Under the pieces are notes generated by a model. The model was not told where the DNA came from. It worked only from the letters and a program-made list of their open reading frames with translations, and did not search any database. The position numbers were made by a program, and so were the translations under genes. A DNA stretch of 64,000 bases from the human T2T-CHM13v2.0 reference genome, Homo sapiens: the NCBI RefSeq assembly GCF_009914755.1, contig NC_060928.1. One strand, written 5' to 3'. Of the stretch, positions 27,463 through 42,103 are shown piece after piece (the first letter of the stretch is position 1; each line of letters begins with the position of its first letter).

Positions 27463-27693
27463 CAATGCTCTAGTAAAATAACACTGGTCTCTTCACCAAC
27501 ATTGTTCGTTAGAGTTGTCATGGTATTATTGATTATCAGAATTTTACTGCTAGCTCTTCAGTCTTCACATCACTACATAAATAACAGATATGCATCATGA
27601 TAAATGAACAATCACATCTTCTAAAGTTCGTAGGTGGTCAGTGAGCATATGTTATTCAAGTGATACGTAAACAGTAGAGTTTGCAGTTGTATT
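27463..27693 (+). repeat. Local duplicate of 26245-26473
   Basis: Colinear match to 26245-26473 with long identical runs, e.g. CAGAATTTTACTGCTAGCTCTTCAGTCTTCACATCACT and GGTCAGTGAGCATATGTTATTCAAGTGATAC. Confidence 0.95.
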
Positions 27694-29019
27694 GCAGTTG
27701 TTACTATACCCTAAACACTGACCTAACAAAATGTTGTAATACATCACTTCAGCTATATTGTGATGATAGACTTTTGGGAATGTCTGAGGAACCAATAAAA
27801 ATTTATTAAGTGGAATATTATTATGTGTAATAAATAAATATCTTAACTCAATATTTATTCTAATTTTTTAACTACTTTACAAATAGCCTTTTGGACAATG
27901 AAATCTTCACCTGCCCAGCATCCCTTTATATCTCATAGGAAAATTGTATACAGTAAATAACTGATTCTATCCCATGATTAGTGCTTCCAGGAATGACAAA
28001 AGCAAGTTCTTTTCTTTCTTCCAAGTAAAATACTTTAGTTCAATATTCTTCCAAAATCAGTAACCCATGAACTAAAATAATGCTTTATTTAAAGTAGTTT
28101 GTGTTTTCATATACTTATTTATATTATGCATTGCCAATGTTTTAAAATCTGTTTCACTTACAGGATATATTATGTATTGCCAATGTTATAGGAGACATGC
28201 ATTCGTTTCAATTACTAAGCATTTATGGTACATCAACAGATGACCAGTCAGTATTATAGATATTTTACAAATCATAAGAAAAAATTCCTGCAGGTGATTT
28301 TTTATCTAGTGGAGTATGCAGAACTGTAGACGACAGTTACAGTAGTGTGGTTTTGAGGTGTAGGATTAAATGGCTTACTCCATACCAGTCAAGTGTTAAT
28401 TTATGCATACAAATCTTCCATTCTACCTTATGGCATTTCAGATGGAAAAGTACATCACAAAGCATACATGCTTCAAGATACAATTTAATAGACAGGTTGT
28501 AAATAATGTTTGATCTTAATTATTGTACTAATTATGATAGTGAATGAATAAAGAGAAAATATTCAAAATAAAAGAGTTAAAGAATGTATTTATTAAATTT
28601 TTAATTTTGACCTGCCTAAAATTCACTCTAAATAGGTAGAGTTATAAAAACTCACAGATATGTTTAAAAGAGTTTGGTGATGATGACCCTTATGTACTGA
28701 AGTGCAGGAAATGATTGATTGATATATAGTAATGTATTGATTTTTAAAATGGCACTCAATACTAATTTGATTCTATAATATTTAAGGAAGTTTCCACTTA
28801 CCCTTTACAAACAACAAAATATATATAACATGGAACATTATTTCATTCATGGTAATAAAGTTTATTTTATCACCAAGTCAATATAGTGTGAGATTTTAAT
28901 ATATTTAATGAATCTACTCCCATACCTTCAATATCTTCTAGAACTTACTAATATTATAACAGAGTTTCTTTAAAAACATCTGGTTTGTAAAGCAATAAAA
29001 AGAATACCTGTATTGATTA

Positions 29020-29200
29020 AATATACAGACTCCAGAGCCACAGTGAATTGAGTTTAAATTTCAGCTTTCCAAGGTGTTTATTTCTATTACTTTGGCAAAT
29101 TACTTAATCTTGCTGAAAGTTAATTTTTCTATCCATGATACTGGGAAAATAATACTCTATCATGAACGTAAGGCAAGAATGAAATTAATAATTTATTTTA
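29020..29200 (+). repeat. MIR
   Basis: GACTCCAGAGCCA..TTTGGCAAATTACTTAATCT core. Confidence 0.6.
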
Positions 29201-30809
29201 AAAGTCAGTGAAAACTGTGGTTTCTACTCTATATTGTTTATGTCGTGGCTGATGATAACAATCAGACTGCTATTACAAATCTAATGTTCCTAAAAGGATT
29301 AGGTTCTCAGGATTTCTATGCCACATAATTTCAGATACTTCCCACTTCCCACCAAAGTAGCAAAAACACAAATAATGGTTTACACCGGAGATTAGCAATA
29401 CCTTGTAGCTTGACAATTATTCCTTTATTTTCTCGTGTAACATATTGCTAACATTTTATTAAAAATAAGCTATGATTAGATACATTCACCAGACATTTAT
29501 TAATGAATGTAAACTTGCTTTGCTAAATTTGAAAAATAAGCATTTTATAAATAGTATAAAAATAAGTGCTTTCTTAAACTCATGATCTGATTAATATGCT
29601 TTTGAATATCGAAACTCTTAGTTTGATATACTGGAAAGAATTTTCTCATATAAATAATATTACTTGTTTCTTTAAGCATACCAAAATTTACTCTCCAGCT
29701 AGAATCCATAAATGATAGAAGTTGGGGGATCTGCTTATCTTTTATGTAGCAAATGACTAATTCCACTCTGTAATTTGAACTTCCAGTAACAAGAAAAGCA
29801 AGTTATGCTATTTCTTCCTGGTAAGTTCTTCGGGTCAACATTCTTTTAAAAATCAGTTTTTCCTCAATGAAGAAAATTGCTTCTTTACTATGTACTTTTC
29901 TTTAAAATAATCATCTCATATAAGTAATTTTGTTGCCAGAGTTAGTGTTGTTTCTCAGAACTCTCTTTTTCTAGACTCTGTTCGACTGACAGATATTACA
30001 ACTCTCCCTAACATTAAAAAAGACAGATTTTTTAAAATTTAAACTTACAAAACTGTTAAATTGGTGAGAGAATACTTGTGAAATGTTTATTTAAAAAATG
30101 TTGTTATAAATAGAAAATAGATTTTTTCAAACCTGATTTAAATTATCAAATTACTTACATAAATAAATAGGTAATTTACATAAAACGTTTAGTATTGTTG
30201 ACAATTTGCAACATTTCACATGTTTGTTAAGGGAAAATAAAGTGAGAAATAAAAGTGAATTCCTGTACAGATATGCACACGGTTGTTTATAGCTAAAAGG
30301 CAAACAGCAATGACAAATACACAAATCATAGAAGGCTAAGTGAGCTTCACTCCAAATCTACTTTCAAAGAAAAATGTCATTAAAACAAACCAAAACTCCA
30401 TATATTGAGATTGCAAACTTTAGCTGAAAATCAATAAGCAACCCATATTTGCGTTACTAATACTGCAATTATTTTGAGTACTCATTTTACATAAATGGTA
30501 CGTTCAAGTTGAGAGGATTAATCAGTGGAATTCTAGTAAATCCAGTGTAGTCAGCCAAACAGTACATAGTGAGTATCTAATTCCATGATTTGCATAAATG
30601 CCCTTATAAATCAAATATTTATAATTCATTGTTTAAAAACAAAATAGTATCCTTATAGAAACTTGATTAGGAATACTGAAAGTGTTCCCCCCAGACTTCC
30701 TGAAAACCTGCTGTCTCTCAGAAGAGTGAGAACAAATCCACCATCATGCCTTTAAAGATGGGGTACAACTCTAGACTCCTTAATAATTATAGCAGTAGCA
30801 ATAAAGATG

Positions 30810-30995
30810 ACAACCACTTACGTTTAGTGACTGGTTTCTATATTCTAGGTACATTATATGGGATTTCTCCTGTTAGTCCTGACAGCAGCTCTGTGATGAG
30901 GTACTACTATTCTTCATCGTCCAGAGAGAAATCTGAGGCCCAGAATGGTGAAATAACTTGAGCAAGATCATAGAGCTAGGATGCCGGAGAGTAAG
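30810..30995 (-). repeat. MIR
   Basis: CAGAGAGAAATCTGAGGCCCAGAATGGTGAAATAACTTGAGCAAGATCA. Confidence 0.7.
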
Positions 30996-33900
30996 GGTCA
31001 AGACAAATTCAGCAAAAATAAGATGTGGATTAAGGTAAAAGTACAATAACTCATTTTTCCTCTAAGGCCGGTTTTCATAGCAGTGGTCCCGACGGTACAA
31101 AGAAATCACTGTTTTACAGGCTATATTGTTTGCCACATTCCTAGGCCTTTTAGATATTTCTTTCTCTTACCTACTCAGGGAGTGATCAGACCCAGGAAGG
31201 GAAAATGCTGACTCACCGTACCACAGAGGAAGTGAAGCTAATTTAAATCACAATACTTAGTCTTTAAATGCTTAGACTTTAAATAGAGTCTCCTTCCAGA
31301 CAGTAGAAAAGGCCACTCAGGCCACTAAAGAAATCTGATATTCATACATTTACTTATGAAATCGGATAAGATGCATTTGTTTACCTTGTTACACTGTGTT
31401 ATACCTTAAAGCTAGCTTAAAGTAAAAATAATGGAGAAAAGTAAGTTGAAGAACTTGCTGAAATGGAGACTGAATATTCAGATGAAATGAAAATAAATAG
31501 GAATTCTGAAATAATAGGTACACTGTTTCAGTGTTGGCTCCACTCATTTTAACAACTATGCAACAAACACTGAACCTCTCACACAAATAGCTAATCATTA
31601 AAAACATACCGATTCCTAAGACAAATATACCTATTGCTGGTACTATGGCCATGGAAGAAGTTCTCACAAGTTTGCCAATAAAGAAAATTGTGTGGTAAAA
31701 TAAACAACTCTAAATGTCAGTTTTTGTGAGATTCCACGTAAAATTGGGATAAAAAATTCCATCTCATAGATTTATTAAAGGATTCAAGATGGTGAGGCAT
31801 GAAAAGCACTGAGCACAAGGCTTGGAGCATACTACAAGCCCAAGAAATAGGAGCCCCAGGAACAGAAATCAAAATAAAACAGCTCCAGCATTCTTCACTG
31901 TTTTTTATATTATACTGTTATTTAAACTGATGGTGACATTCAGCAAAAGTGATTCTATGCATCCGTTATGATTGAATTCAGGCACATGAAAAACGTGATT
32001 TAACATTTTTCAATCCAAATGTTGACTGCAATAAGGCAAGATATCCATAAACATAGTCCTTTTTATAACTCTTTCACAATGAATCAATATGCTATAATCA
32101 TTGCCAAAATCTTATTTCATAATATCCATTATATATGCTAAGATGTCACTTCTCTGACTCTAATTTTATCAAAATTTTTATCTAAAAAGTCAGTATTTAA
32201 AAAAATAAGAGCACTAGCCATTACTTTTTCTTGTAAATTATGTTCTTTTTTGTTGTTGTTGTTTGTTTGCTTATTTGTTTACTGTGCCTAGTCAAGCACA
32301 ATATGGCTCAATTGACCTCTTAAGTATTACTCTTCTGAACCGGTTAGACTTTTCTTAAAATTCTGTGTGAGAGTCATGATGCTGTCTGCCATAGGAGGTG
32401 AATTAGAATAGATTTGAATCTGCCTTAAATAAAGCATTTGTATTTTTCTGTGTGTGATATTTACTCTCAATTCTCACCATCAAAGCTACTCACAGATTAT
32501 GTGCTTCTGTTCCAAAAAAGAAAAATCTAAATAAAAAGAAACAAAAATAAATGTTGCTTATTACTACTTATCATGCAGTTAGCCACCAGTTGTGTATAAC
32601 TTGAAATACATTTTCTCACTTATTGGACATATTTTTGATATCAGTGGTGAGCTTTTATGACCATATCGGAGTTGTCTGCCGTGTGTATGTGTATTTCTCT
32701 TTTAAGGGATTGCAAATATGTTTGGATCTGCGTAGTAATCTCAGATGTCCACAGTAAATACAGAGGTGACATAGAGTTACAAAGCTTCTCAAACCATTGT
32801 ATTATTAGGATAATTACCCTGTGCACAGTGCCTGACTCACTGGGGTTCTGAAGAGGTAGTTAATAAATTCATGTATGAAAGATGAAAGAAAAGAAAGGAA
32901 AGAAAGAAGGAAGGGAGGGAGGGAGGAAACATTTTAGTACCTACCATAGCATTTGCAAAGCATAAGGGGCATAAATAATATGCTTGTTTATTTCCCCCAA
33001 AGAGATTAGATGAGCTTGTAAATATATATGAAAGAATAAATAGTAAAACAAGATAGTAGAAGTCAATCATCAAGGGCTCTGAATGCTATTGGACTTCAGA
33101 GAAAAGAGCCAGAATGCTAAATATTTCATATATATTTGTTATTTCATTATGGAGTCCAGTGACTCAAGCACTATCATATTCTTCACTAACATGGGTTTTA
33201 AGAATTGTCTGGTTATCTACGCTTCCAATATTTGTTACAGAATTTCAATCACTTAACTAAATATATACTACTTGGTTTTGATTAGCAAATCAGAAAGTAT
33301 ACCAAAGACTACAGTTAAATCAAGGTGAAGCTGTCTCTATGATTGAAAATACAGATTTCACTGGAAAGAAGCAGCTGTGTTCCTGAGGTTAGAGCACTTT
33401 GTTGCAGAAAGAATATCAATGGAGTGTTTATGAAATAACAAGGGAACATCACATCGCAAAGAGCAATGAAAGCCTCTTTTAAAAAAATCTGTATAATAAA
33501 CATGTCTAGATGGTTATGGTTCTGGCAGATCACTACAGAGGAAATATTAGAAAAAAATCTCTACTCATACATTTTTCATGAAATATTCTGTATTATACAT
33601 CACAGCTGCAAATCTGCCATCTGAAGTTTGCAGCTTCTTAATGACACCAGCGATTTAGGGCACAGGGTGGAGTTAGGCTGACATGTGACTGATGAGGTGG
33701 AAGTGTGAGTCTGAGGGCCATTGAACACAGAGAATTTCCCAATGTATCATAATTACAGAAACACCTGTGCTGAGGAATTTGTGCTGAATCAGAGAAAAGA
33801 CATGAAACTTAATGGTCTGCAAGATCCTTTATCTCAGACCCATGGCTGTTGGGGGTAAAGGATACAGCTGCATTTAAAAGTGATTTTAAGGCATTGGTTT

Positions 33901-34830
33901 TTATCCTTCTAGTAGATGATATTTCCATCATCTGAAAATGTTTGTCTCATTTGAGAACGGGATATTGGACATCGAAACACTGTTGAAATGTACTAGGAAC
34001 ATTTTCTGGAAAATGAGGCAGAAATGTAAGGTCACAAACTGCTGAGCTTGATGAAGCACTCAAAACTGGATTATTCCGAGTTTTGTTATCTTTACAAACT
34101 CCATTATTGATTGAAAAAAATTAAGTACACATATATATTTTAAGCTAAGTAACACAGCATTTAACAGTGGGGTCACTCTTCAAGTTAGAATTCTTTCCCC
34201 AATGTGCTCTCAACCATCTGTTAACTCTCTGGGCAGGGGTAGGGGAGAAGTTATAACAGTGGTATGCCTTTTACAAAAGAGTTCAGAAAAGATTAATTTA
34301 GATGTAGACTGTGATTTGAGAAGGGTAAGAAAGGAAGATGAAATAACAAAATATGATCATTAGGAGGGAAATGAAATTTACTATTTATAAGAAACAATAT
34401 TTTTTAATCAGTGAAAATAAAGCAAGTTCAGTGGATAATAGTAAATATAAAATAATTCAATATATTAGAACAAGGTATTTTTAGTTATATTATTTATTTC
34501 TCTCTAAATATTTAATCTGTGATAAAAGACGATATTCTTTGGATAAATACTACATCTGAAGTTATTTATAAAAATGTTTCAGCAAATAATACATATTTTG
34601 GGCAATGTCTTTCTTTACATGAGTTATTTGACAGTCAGTCCTTTTTTAGAATATTCTAGTGTAAGAATAATGAATTCAAAATTTAAATACAGTACATCAT
34701 TTATTATATTATTATAGAAGTAGCATGTTTACCAGTTAAAAATCAAAATGATAGAAAAAGAAAATGTGAAAAGCAACAAAAGTTGCCCATTATATCATCA
34801 GTCAGATATATCTGCAATTAACTGGTATAA

Positions 34831-35289
<459 letters not shown>

Positions 35290-35554
35290 TAAGAGATATA
35301 AATTTATTCTTAAATTTAAATATGAATAATATTAACTACATTTACCTGTGAACAATTAAATAGGAAGATTGCATTTAAATGAGTAGGTTATCTGATCAGT
35401 AGAGAGGTGAAGTAATACTGCAAATAAAATACAGTAGCCTAAATACTATTTGTAGGAGAACTAAAGAAGGTAATAAGAGGACAGAACTTTGGTACATGCC
35501 CTCGTCTGATCACCATAGATCCATGAGAAGCAGTTCTGTGTGCCTGTTCAGGCC

Positions 35555-36100
35555 TTGCATATTGGAACCTGATTTCTTAGGTTCACATTCTAGCTCTGGC
35601 ATTATCTAGCTGAGAGAATTTGGATGGGGAATATGTTATCAATTTTAAGTAAATTGGAACTTTAGAGACATTTTTTTTTTTCCAAGACAGGTTCTCACTC
35701 TCTTGCTCAGGCTAGAGTGTGCAGTGGCAGGATCGTGGCTCACTACAGCCTCAGCTTCCCTGGCTCAGTGGAACTTCCCACTCAGCCTTCTGAATACCTA
35801 GGACTACAGGTGGGCACCACCATACCCAGCTAAATTTTTGCATTTTTTATAAGCAACAGGATTCCATCATGCTGCCCAGGTTGGTTTCAAAATCCTGGGC
35901 TGAAGCGATCCACTTGCCTCGGCCTCCCAAAATACTGAGATTACAAGCGTTAGACACTGCACCTGGCCTAGAGAATGCATTGACCTCTCTAAACCTCGGT
36001 TTTTCTATCTGTAAAATGAAGTCATTGAGGATAAAGCAAGTTATTGATTGCAAAGGAGTTAAAACATTTGCAGACACATAGTAAGCATTATGCAAACATT
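35555..36100 (+). repeat. MIR split by AluJ
   Basis: GGTTCACATTCTAGCTCTG before the Alu; GACCTCTCTAAACCTCGGTTTTCTATCTGTAAAATG...CACATAGTAAGCA after it. Confidence 0.7.
35671..35968 (-). mobile_element. AluJ
   Basis: Diverged dimer with poly-T tail; CTGGGCTGAAGCGATCC diagnostic. Confidence 0.9.
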
Positions 36101-36399
36101 ATTTCAAAATCAATGGTTTATGTTATAGTTTATTTTAGAGATGAGAAATTTGAAGCTTAGAGAACTTGATATTTTCTGTCACTTACCACAGAGGACTATG
36201 AAATAAAGTCAATTTTTCTGTCAAATATTATTTTCTTTCCTCAAGTTTAAAATAATATATATATTCTGTATTTCTCAAGTAACTAAGTTATTAATTACCT
36301 TACTTGTATCTCTAGCATCACAATAGGAAAGACACCTAAATAAATCACAGAATGTGAATTTCCATGAAATTGATATGCATTTTTAAATTCTATATTTTT

Positions 36400-36620
36400 C
36401 GCAAATAATCTACCACTTTGCCCTAATCCTGACCTGGTTGGATTTTGCCATTTTTTTAAATTTGATATTTGTTCATTAGGGATTATTTGGGCATTGCTTT
36501 TTAATTTCCAAACCTTTGCATTAACATCTGCTTTATCTTGATTGCTAAGTGTTTTGTGATCCCTTAAGTTTTGCACCAGAAGACAGCACTTCACTTATCT
36601 CACCCTAGTTCCAGCCACTG
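36400..36620. mobile_element. hAT-Tip100 MITE fragment (MER96B-like)
   Basis: End motif CCCTTAAGTTTTGCACC..CACTTATCTCACCCTAGTTCCAGCCACTG. Confidence 0.5.
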
Positions 36621-36624
36621 GAAA

Positions 36625-36965
36625 TGGTGAACATAAAGCTGGAAGGACAAACGGGTTGACTTAAATGGGCCATATTAACTGCATGAAAATGTCCAGGTTT
36701 TATCTTAAAAGCAATATAACGAATAAGAGGTAAATTTAATAAGCTTCAGTGTTCAAGTGAACCAAGGGGCTAGAGGAGAGCCAAACGTGATGCCAATGTT
36801 TCTGTTGGGTCAATTGGATGGAGAATAGTACCATTCTCTAAGAGAGGGAAAACAAGAGGAAGGGTAAGTTAAGAGGGGAAGGCTCGATTATGAGTTAGAT
36901 GTTAGACTTTGAGCTGTCTTTGGGAAATTCAAATAGAGATGTACAGAAAGCAGTTGGAAAGCCCA
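36625..36965 (-). mobile_element. L2 fragment
   Basis: CAATTGGATGGAGAATAGTACCATTCTCTAAGAGAGGGAAAAC..TTCAAATAGAGATG..GCAGTTGGA. Confidence 0.6.
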
Positions 36966-37224
36966 AATATATTTCAGGTTCAAATGTGAACTCTTTAAGT
37001 TGGCATCATTTTTATGTAGAAAAAAATCACCCAGCAAAGTAAAAACAGACAAACAAAAAAAGACAAGATAGATAAAGGCCTCAGCAAAATACTGAGAAAA
37101 ATAGTAGATGGATCTGAAAGTTTGTCAGAAAGAAATCTGAACAGATAAAGAAGAAGAATGGTGTTTAGGCCAAGTTGGCAACTTCATTATATCAAATTCC
37201 TTAAAAGGAGAGTCAAATAGTTTT

Positions 37225-37660
37225 GGATTTTCATCTGAGCTCTGCAACCGACAGTCTGTGTTACCCTTATTAGATGATTTCCTTTGTGTAAGGTTTGGTC
37301 TCCTCACCTTGAAACTGGAAATAAAAACAGTACATATTTGTGGCATAGCTGCAAGAATTTTATGAAATAGAAGGATGCTTAAAACAATATTTGGCACAAA
37401 GGAAGTTCTCAAGTATAAGCCATTAATAATAACAATAATTAGAAGGATCATAGGCTCTGAAGCTAGACTGTTTGGTTTAAAACCCGATTCTGTCGATAGC
37501 AGAAGTGCTACCTTGAATAAATTGCCTCAATTTTGCTCTGTGCCTCAGTTTGCTCATCAATGAAACAAACGTAATGATATCTAACATATACGCTTGTTGC
37601 AATGATCAAATGGAGTTAATGCTCGTAATCTACTTAGTACAGTGTATGCAATAATAATTG
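37225..37660 (+). repeat. Two adjacent MIRs
   Basis: Two MIR cores; the second reads GGCTCTGAAGCTAGACTG..CTCTGTGCCTCAGTTTGCTCATC. Confidence 0.65.
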
Positions 37661-38039
37661 TTTATAAAACAATTTTATAGGCAGATCAATTTTAACTTCA
37701 ATCACTGAACGTACTTTGAGTTTTTTTATTCTTTACTGTTTTCCTCTTTAAAATTACATTTTAAACAGATTTTTTGCTTATTTTTTGAAAATATTTCTTT
37801 TTAAGGGAAGCTCTACATATGAATAAATTCATTGAAGATATGAAAAGTCAAAACAAGTATAAAACATATAAGCAATGCCTTCAAATGCAAGCCATTTTTG
37901 GTAGGATTATATTAACAGGCTTATCCTGAACAATTCACAGTCTTATTTATCCTTAGACAAGTCAGTGCCTGCCTGCCATAGGAGGAATGTCAGGATAACC
38001 AGGTGTATAAGGTTACTTAAGAGAGTATTATGGAAACAC

Positions 38040-38285
38040 TGTGCTATTTAGGATCAGGCAAAGAGAAACTCAAATCCTCATTTCTTAAATGCTTGATTTG
38101 GTGACATGGGTTAAGTTACTCATTGTCATTGAGCTTCTGTTTTTTGTTGTTGCTGTTGTTGTTGTTTGTTTGTTTTTCATCTATAACAAGTACTAGGAGT
38201 GTCTGTCTCTGCAAGTCACATTAATAATGAAATGATGTAACAAAATACCTCGCACGTAGTAGGCTTTTCAACAATTGTTAGTTTC
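38040..38285 (+). repeat. MIR with internal (GTT)n
   Basis: GTGACATGGGTTAAGTTACTC..TTTCATCTATAA..GCACGTAGTAGGC. Confidence 0.6.
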
Positions 38286-40737
38286 TGGTTGTCTGCCAGT
38301 TGACAGCTATTCCCCCAGAGAAATAGACCCAGTAATACTTTACTTTAAATTACTGCAGAAAGTAGAAGGAAGACATAGCAAAAATAAAACCAGCTACAAA
38401 TAGCACAGTTAAATTCCTTAGTGAGAACTACTCACAAACCGAATTTTTATTACATTCAGAAGCCACAGTTTAAAATAAGGCTGGATTCTGTCATACCTAA
38501 TGATACGGTATAATCATAAAAATGTAATAAATACTTTCTAACACAATAATATTTCTTCTATACAATGAATACCTTCATAAGTTTTATATTTTGCTAACCA
38601 TTTTTATATATACCAATCAAATGTAATTGAATTTAAATGTTAGGATAATAATCCAGATCATAGAAGTTGAACAAAAGACCATCAGTTATAGCCTGTAGAG
38701 GCCAAGGAATATCTCAGATGGATATGGGACCAGACCAGGAGAAACAAACTCAACTCAAAACCGATCCTCATGGAGCAGGGGAATATCCTACTTGGGGATA
38801 CAGTGTCATCCCAGATAAGAGACTTTGAAGTCAGAATTAGTTTTTTTTAGCACCAAGCACATTGTGAATTCTCAAAACTGCTAAAGAAGCTTGGAATATT
38901 TTTGACCTAACTAATGTGTGTAATCAAATAAAACACCTGTTCACAAATGTGTCAATCTTGCCTTTGCTACTAAGAATTATTTATGAGTGCCTTTGTGAAT
39001 CTTGATTATACTTTAATTAAACATGGACACTTCCTTTCAAATTTTACAGTAGTGTTGAAATCTTCTGAAAATACAGAACATTAACCATGGCACTTTTATT
39101 GTAATATGAGGTTAGGAATGAACTGTTTTTCTTGATCTAGTTTTGCCAAATAATACATGAAATTATATGAAAAAACATTTTTTTAAATGAAAGTTATGTA
39201 AAAATAAATGTGCAATATAATTATGAATATTTGGAAAATGGTAGTAAAGTTTCCTATTGCTATGGTACCTAGTTTTGCTAAACTTTTAAGTATTATATCC
39301 CTACATTTAATAATGTATTGACTAAATAAATTCAATATAAATTGAATATTATATTGCAAATATAAATTAAAGCACTAGAATTTTAAATTGGTAAGCACAG
39401 GGTTTGGTTTACAGAGAACAACCAAAAATGTATTGACTATTTGAATTCAGCATTTCCTTTAAACAATTTAACGTATGTGTTCTTTAAAAAAGTGAGCTAA
39501 ATTTTAAAAATAGCATCTGGACCTATTACCAGCATTAAGAAAATATTTCCTTAGACAAATGTCTTATTATCCAACAAAAACCCAATTTTTATACCATTAG
39601 ATTACAATCTAAAAAATTAACACTCTAAGTGACTAAAATAGTTAATCATGCTTTAAGAAATCTTTGGGCACTGGGAATCTGTGGCTCACTGATTAAGTGG
39701 CTAAGACTAATGATTCTAGAAAGCGAACCTTGGTGAATTTAAGAAAAGAACAATGTAAAAAATGAAAATAAAATTATAAGAGATTATTCGAGTATCATTT
39801 TTCCTTTAAATGAATGAACCAGAATGAATTCTGGTTTTATCCTTAAATAAATGAATAGCACCCAACAGTAAATAGATTGTATATAAGCATTTCCAAATTT
39901 CCAACCCTCTAGAACTCACATTAATATCAGAAAATATTTTTCCAGTCTCAGGACTACATTACCTAGCTAAGCAAACTAAAAAAATAAATAAGTAAATTTT
40001 TTTAAATCTCAGGGCATTGAGGAGATACTACAAGTGATGATGGAGGTGATCTAGTACATTACTTATATTTTATCTTAAAGGTAGGAACCCTATTTAAAAA
40101 GTAACAAGATTGAGAATTAAACAATTTGGTGGTTGCCAAGGGAGCCCTGTTGCTTATTTTAGTTTTTTTTTTTTTTTTTAAATTATCTGACTCTTATAAC
40201 TAGAAGATTTTGGTCACACTTATTGTAAAATCAAATCCACATTTCCGTCATCATACCTGTATTAGTTTTTAGATAAAATTGATATTTAGGGAAAAGTGGA
40301 AAGCTAATATTTGTCAGTTGGATAGTAACACTCTTGAACTTGCTTTGGAAATTTACCACTAAATTATTAATTTATTGTGATACGTTGAGTATTAATCTCA
40401 CCAGGATGTGTAGAAAGTCGCACTACCTGAGGGAAAAGTTTTCACCACCACACTACGCTTTAAAGTTATATTTTTAAACTTAAGATATTAGCTTTCAGAA
40501 ATACAAAACATGATAATATTTTTGATCACCAATTTGTGACTTCAGGATCATTTGTTTTTAAAGCATGGGGCACACAAGTGAGGCAATGGCAGACAAATAT
40601 TATTTTTGTTTCACAGACTTCTATATAACTAGATAGGATTCCGGCTCTGGTGTCTTAATTGGGCTGATGGAGTTACTCTCTCCATTGAAAAGATCTAGAT
40701 ATTTATCTTTTAGATAGATACAGTTAAACTTTTTTTA

Positions 40738-41035
40738 GGCTGGGCACGGTGGCTCACACCTGTAATCTCAACACTTTGGGAGGCCGAGGCGGTCAGATCA
40801 CAAGGTCAGGAGTTCGAGACCAGCCTGACCAACATGGTGAAACCCCACCTCTACTAAAAATACAAAAATTGTCTGGGCATGGTGGCATGTGCCTGTCATC
40901 TCAGCTACTCAGGAGGCTGAGTCAGGAGAATCACTTGAACCCTGGGAGGCAGAGGTTGCAATGAGCTGGGATTCCAACACTCCACTCCAGCCAGAGTGAC
41001 AGAGCGAGACTTTGGCTCAAAAAAAAAAAAAAAAA
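40738..41035 (+). mobile_element. AluS (Sg-like)
   Basis: Dimer with GATCACAAGGTCAGGAGTTCGAG and poly-A tail. Confidence 0.92.
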
Positions 41036-42065
41036 TTTTAAAAACAGTTTTTGCGATCATTTTAAAATCTACTTCCAATTCTATATAAATCTCAAGAGTC
41101 TGTGTCTTTCTTGCTTTTTTTCCATGCATCAAACAAGTTTATATTTTCCAAATAAGAAAATGATGTACCTAAGCTTTATAAATGACATCTCCCATGTCAT
41201 CAATAAAAATGATGTACATCTTATTGTGGATTTATTTAGCAAATAAATAAAACAGATGTGTAACTCCCTCTTTTGGATGTCATATTTACACAAAGAGGCA
41301 ACAATGTACTCCCAAGCATAATATTAAAAAAGCATTAGTTTGGTGATGTTTCACTCAATAGATATGGTATCTAGTCTAAATATATTTTAAAATCCTTCCT
41401 ATAAATTTTTTTTTGTCAAAAATACAAAAGGATCTTTGCATAGATACATGGAAGAAATTCCCAATTCAGCCTAAATCACATTTAAGAAGTTATAACTAAC
41501 ATCCCCAAACAACAAAATAAGAATAATGATCAAATTTAATCTCTCTGTCTTGTACCTACTTTTTGTAAACTAGTCCAGTGTCTGAAATTAGCCAGGACAT
41601 AAATACTATATGTCCTGATCAAACAAAGCCTGATATTCCTTTTCTACTTCAATTAAACACAGTATATTTCTTTCTGGAGCTTGAAGAGGGACAAGGCTCA
41701 AATTACTGTGAATTCCTCCAGTCCTGTTTCTTCAGAGTGCTACTTTGAAGGTCAATGCCAGTTGTTTGTTCTAATCTGAGTATTAAAAAAAAAAATTGTT
41801 TACTTCAACATAGCTAAGAGATGTATCTATGAATGAATGATGTATTATCAAGACTGGAAAGTATTATTAAATTTACTCCAAGGCTGATCTCTTTGATTCC
41901 TTGAAGTCTTCTCACCAGTCCAAGTGTAATTCTATAATTCATGTAATTATTTCTAATTTCTTAATGGAAAGATAACGGTGTTTAGTGTGTTCTCAGATGA
42001 AACAAATAAATAAATGTAAATATGTGTAATACATATCAGTGGGAGAATATATATGAAATACACGT

Positions 42066-42102
<37 letters not shown>
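42066..42102. repeat. (CA)n(TA)n compound microsatellite
   Basis: Seen directly. Confidence 0.95.

Positions 42103-42103
<1 letters not shown>

Noticed and set aside
41593-41617. Short hairpins such as CAGGACATA..TATGTCCTG (also AACCAGAAT..ATTCTGGTT at ~39818)
   Set aside because: 9-bp stems are expected by chance in 64 kb; no miRNA-length hairpin.
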